Shown piece after piece: positions 16,294-18,471 of a DNA stretch of 18,471 nucleotides (position 1 is its first letter; the number at the start of each line of letters is the position of its first letter). Under the pieces are notes generated by a model. It had not been told where the DNA came from. It was given only the letters and a program-made list of their open reading frames with translations, and made no database searches. A program made the position numbers and the translations under genes. This DNA comes from Candidatus Krumholzibacteriia bacterium (lineage in GTDB: Bacteria > Krumholzibacteriota > Krumholzibacteriia > WVZY01), in the NCBI GenBank assembly GCA_036478295.1, contig JAZGDW010000071.1:1-18471 (forward strand). The letters are read 5' to 3'.

Positions 16294-18207
16294 CTAAGCG
16301 ACCCTGGCTCCGTGGTTATCAAGCTTGTGCTCTTTGGGACGATGGCGCACGTTGTGATCGCGCTGCCCGCGAAAATCGTACTTCTGTTTGGAGAATATCG
16401 AGAAAACGTAGGACCAGACGACCCCCACGATGGGCAGAACCAGCTTCCATAGTGGCACTTCATCCACCAAGCTCGTTGGGTCCTTGATCATATAGCCCTT
16501 GGTGTAGATCTGTATGATACTGAAGGAAAACACCGCGGCCAGAAAGAAGCCCCGCGTGATCTTGCCGAAAGAGATGTCCCGCACGCCCGGCAGCAGGACG
16601 GAATAGAATCGGGCCGCCTTGCGACGGCTGACGAGAATCGCCTGCCGCTTCTGACGCAGCAGCGCTTCGACCACTCGCTCGGAGGTCACGCCGGCGATCG
16701 TGCCCGCGCAGTCCTGGCAGATGCGAATCTCTCTTTCGCTGTTGCAGCACCGGTAGCACGTGAGTTTTCCGCAGTTGCCGCACTGAAAAGTCAACCTGGC
16801 CGGCTTGACCAGCCTGGACAAGATGATGGCTGCCACCAGCGAGACGAGGAGTATCCAGGCAGCGGTGTTTCTGGGAAATCGCGTGAAGGGCAGCAAAATC
16901 TGCTCGAGATAATCACTGGATGCGGTCTTGCCCTCTATGCGCGCCGCCCGCCACAGCTGCCCGTTGGAAAACGTTTTCGGTAGAACGACAGCATGCGCCA
17001 ACGCGTCGGGAGTGTATGATGCCTTCACCTTTTCTATGCCGTTCGCGGCCGCCAGCTGCAGGGCGATCGACGACTCTTTCATCATCAAGGTCTTGATGTA
17101 GGCCTGAGCGAGCGCGTACTGGCCCACGGGATCCAGTGGTTCGATGCCCTGTGCGGTACGGTATCCCTCCAGCGCCTTTTCGTATTGGCCCTGGAGAAAG
17201 TACACGTTTCCAAGATTGATGTACCCGCTCGAATCGTCCGGCCGTAGCGAAATCGATCTAAAAAAGTGGTCCGCCGCCGCTCCGTATTGTTCGTTGCGCT
17301 GGTGAATCAGACCCAGCGCGATGTTCCTTTCCGCTTCCAGGCCTTCCACCTTCGCGCGGTCGAGTTGACGAATCAGCTGATCGTCACCGGCGGAATCGTT
17401 GGCCCTGGCCATGAGGGAGGTCAGCGAACCCGGGTCGGTGAGCGGCGTAAAGGGCCTGAGAACAGAACCAAACAAACCGAGAATGACGAAAGGCGTCACG
17501 AGAGTGAACACGAGAAATTTTTCACGCCGATACATGAACACCCAGCACACCACGGTCAAATAGGCGAGCGTGGTAACGATCCCCGGCGCGATGAGCAAGG
17601 GCAGCAGGAGGAGCAGGTACGCGGTGAACCCGGCAGCGCCCGCCCGCATCCTGCTACGCAGGAACTCCTGTACCTTGTGCGCGGCGAAGGGAAGGTACTT
17701 GAACGCGAACGCGAAACAGACGATGAAAGACGCGAGAAACAACACGTACGGAATGAACACGACGGTGTTGGCCACAAAGAGTCGGTGCGACGAAAAGTCG
17801 TGCCACATTGCCACGAACGCCTGGCCAAGGTAGATTGTGGTCTCCATGTTCATCTGGCGCAGCTTGATCGACGAGAGCGTGAAGTATACGTCGGGATAGT
17901 GAGGATAGTACGTCAGGGCCTGGTGAAGCTTCTTCTCGGCCGCCTCGGTGTTGCCGTTGCGCAGTTCGGAGATGGCGTCGCGGTAGGCGAGTTTGGCCAG
18001 TACGGGCAGCGTCCGTGCGCCGTCGAGGATCTCCCACTGCGCATACCGGGCAAGGTTTGCCCTCTTGTCGGCCGCAACCGTTGCGGGGCAGGCAGCGAGC
18101 ACGGCGATGCCCAGCACGATGCAAATTGCACGTGGAAACGGGCCAAATATCTTCAAGCGTTCGCTCCTTTCGGTAACGAGGCGCGACAAAGGCTTTGTAA
18201 AACGCAT
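16294..18207 (-). CDS. Multi-pass membrane protein with TPR repeats and a Cys cluster (putative Zn finger)
   Basis: TPR-like GYINLGNVYFLQGQYEKALEGY and related helices, several TM segments, CGNCGKLTCYRCC-x8-CQDC, C-terminal SVLLPG...G. Start uncertain (no clear SD). Confidence 0.85.
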   Translation of the reverse strand: MRFTKPLSRLVTERSERLKIFGPFPRAICIVLGIAVLAACPATVAADKRANLARYAQWEILDGARTLPVLAKLAYRDAISELRNGNTEAAEKKLHQALTYYPHYPDVYFTLSSIKLRQMNMETTIYLGQAFVAMWHDFSSHRLFVANTVVFIPYVLFLASFIVCFAFAFKYLPFAAHKVQEFLRSRMRAGAAGFTAYLLLLLPLLIAPGIVTTLAYLTVVCWVFMYRREKFLVFTLVTPFVILGLFGSVLRPFTPLTDPGSLTSLMARANDSAGDDQLIRQLDRAKVEGLEAERNIALGLIHQRNEQYGAAADHFFRSISLRPDDSSGYINLGNVYFLQGQYEKALEGYRTAQGIEPLDPVGQYALAQAYIKTLMMKESSIALQLAAANGIEKVKASYTPDALAHAVVLPKTFSNGQLWRAARIEGKTASSDYLEQILLPFTRFPRNTAAWILLVSLVAAIILSRLVKPARLTFQCGNCGKLTCYRCCNSEREIRICQDCAGTIAGVTSERVVEALLRQKRQAILVSRRKAARFYSVLLPGVRDISFGKITRGFFLAAVFSFSIIQIYTKGYMIKDPTSLVDEVPLWKLVLPIVGVVWSYVFSIFSKQKYDFRGQRDHNVRHRPKEHKLDNHGARVA

Positions 18208-18243
18208 TTTACAGCGTATAACTCTATTGAAGCTAACGAGTTA

Positions 18244-18260
18244 GGCAAAAAGCGTGCCGA
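18244..18260 (-). promoter_or_regulatory. Putative sigma54 (RpoN) -24/-12 promoter
   Basis: Minus strand TCGGCACGCTTTTTGCC has GG-N10-GC spacing and closely matches TGGCACG-N4-TTGC; about 37 nt upstream of the TPR gene. Confidence 0.7.
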
Positions 18261-18321
18261 TTGTCACACTTGTTTCTATTCCGCGGCAGCTTTTGGTGTG
18301 GCCGTGAGGAACGGTGTGTGT

Positions 18322-18334
18322 TAAATCATTGATT
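18322..18334 (-). promoter_or_regulatory. Putative IHF binding site
   Basis: Minus strand AATCAATGATTTA is an exact match to WATCAANNNNTTR, upstream of the sigma54 motif. Confidence 0.6.
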
Positions 18335-18471
18335 CTAATCGAAATGGACCACTTGCCGATGACCGGTCAGACACGACAAACTCTGTGGAACCGGCGCTTG
18401 CAGCCCGCCGTGGTTGGCGCAGCAGCCGCCCTTACGTTCCTGAGCTTGGTTGGCGAGCACGGGTTCTATCT

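Overview
GC-rich bacterial window with three parts. (1) 1-10838: a conserved + strand housekeeping block, nusA (5'-truncated)-infB-DUF503-rbfA-truB-ribF-rpsO-pnp-M16 peptidase. NusA has an acidic tandem-repeat tail, IF2 has a basic histone-H1-like tandem-repeat N-terminus, and rpsO has a promoter and a structured leader. (2) 10839-12023: an accessory insert. A self-promoted secreted protein ending in VVPTEATTWGRIKALYR sits between two different palindromic, REP/MITE-like elements, one followed by 46-bp tandem repeats. That C-terminal motif suggests Krumholzibacteriota/Latescibacterota/Eisenbacteria-like FCB bacteria (my recollection, not verified). (3) 12024-18471: ald, a membrane-anchored polysaccharide deacetylase, a UbiA-family prenyltransferase, and a minus-strand pair (TPR/Cys-cluster membrane protein plus DUF4388-like protein with a pseudopilin-like tail) preceded by a sigma54-type promoter and an exact IHF consensus site. 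No rRNA, tRNA, CRISPR array or transposase was seen. All family calls come from motif recognition; no searches were run.
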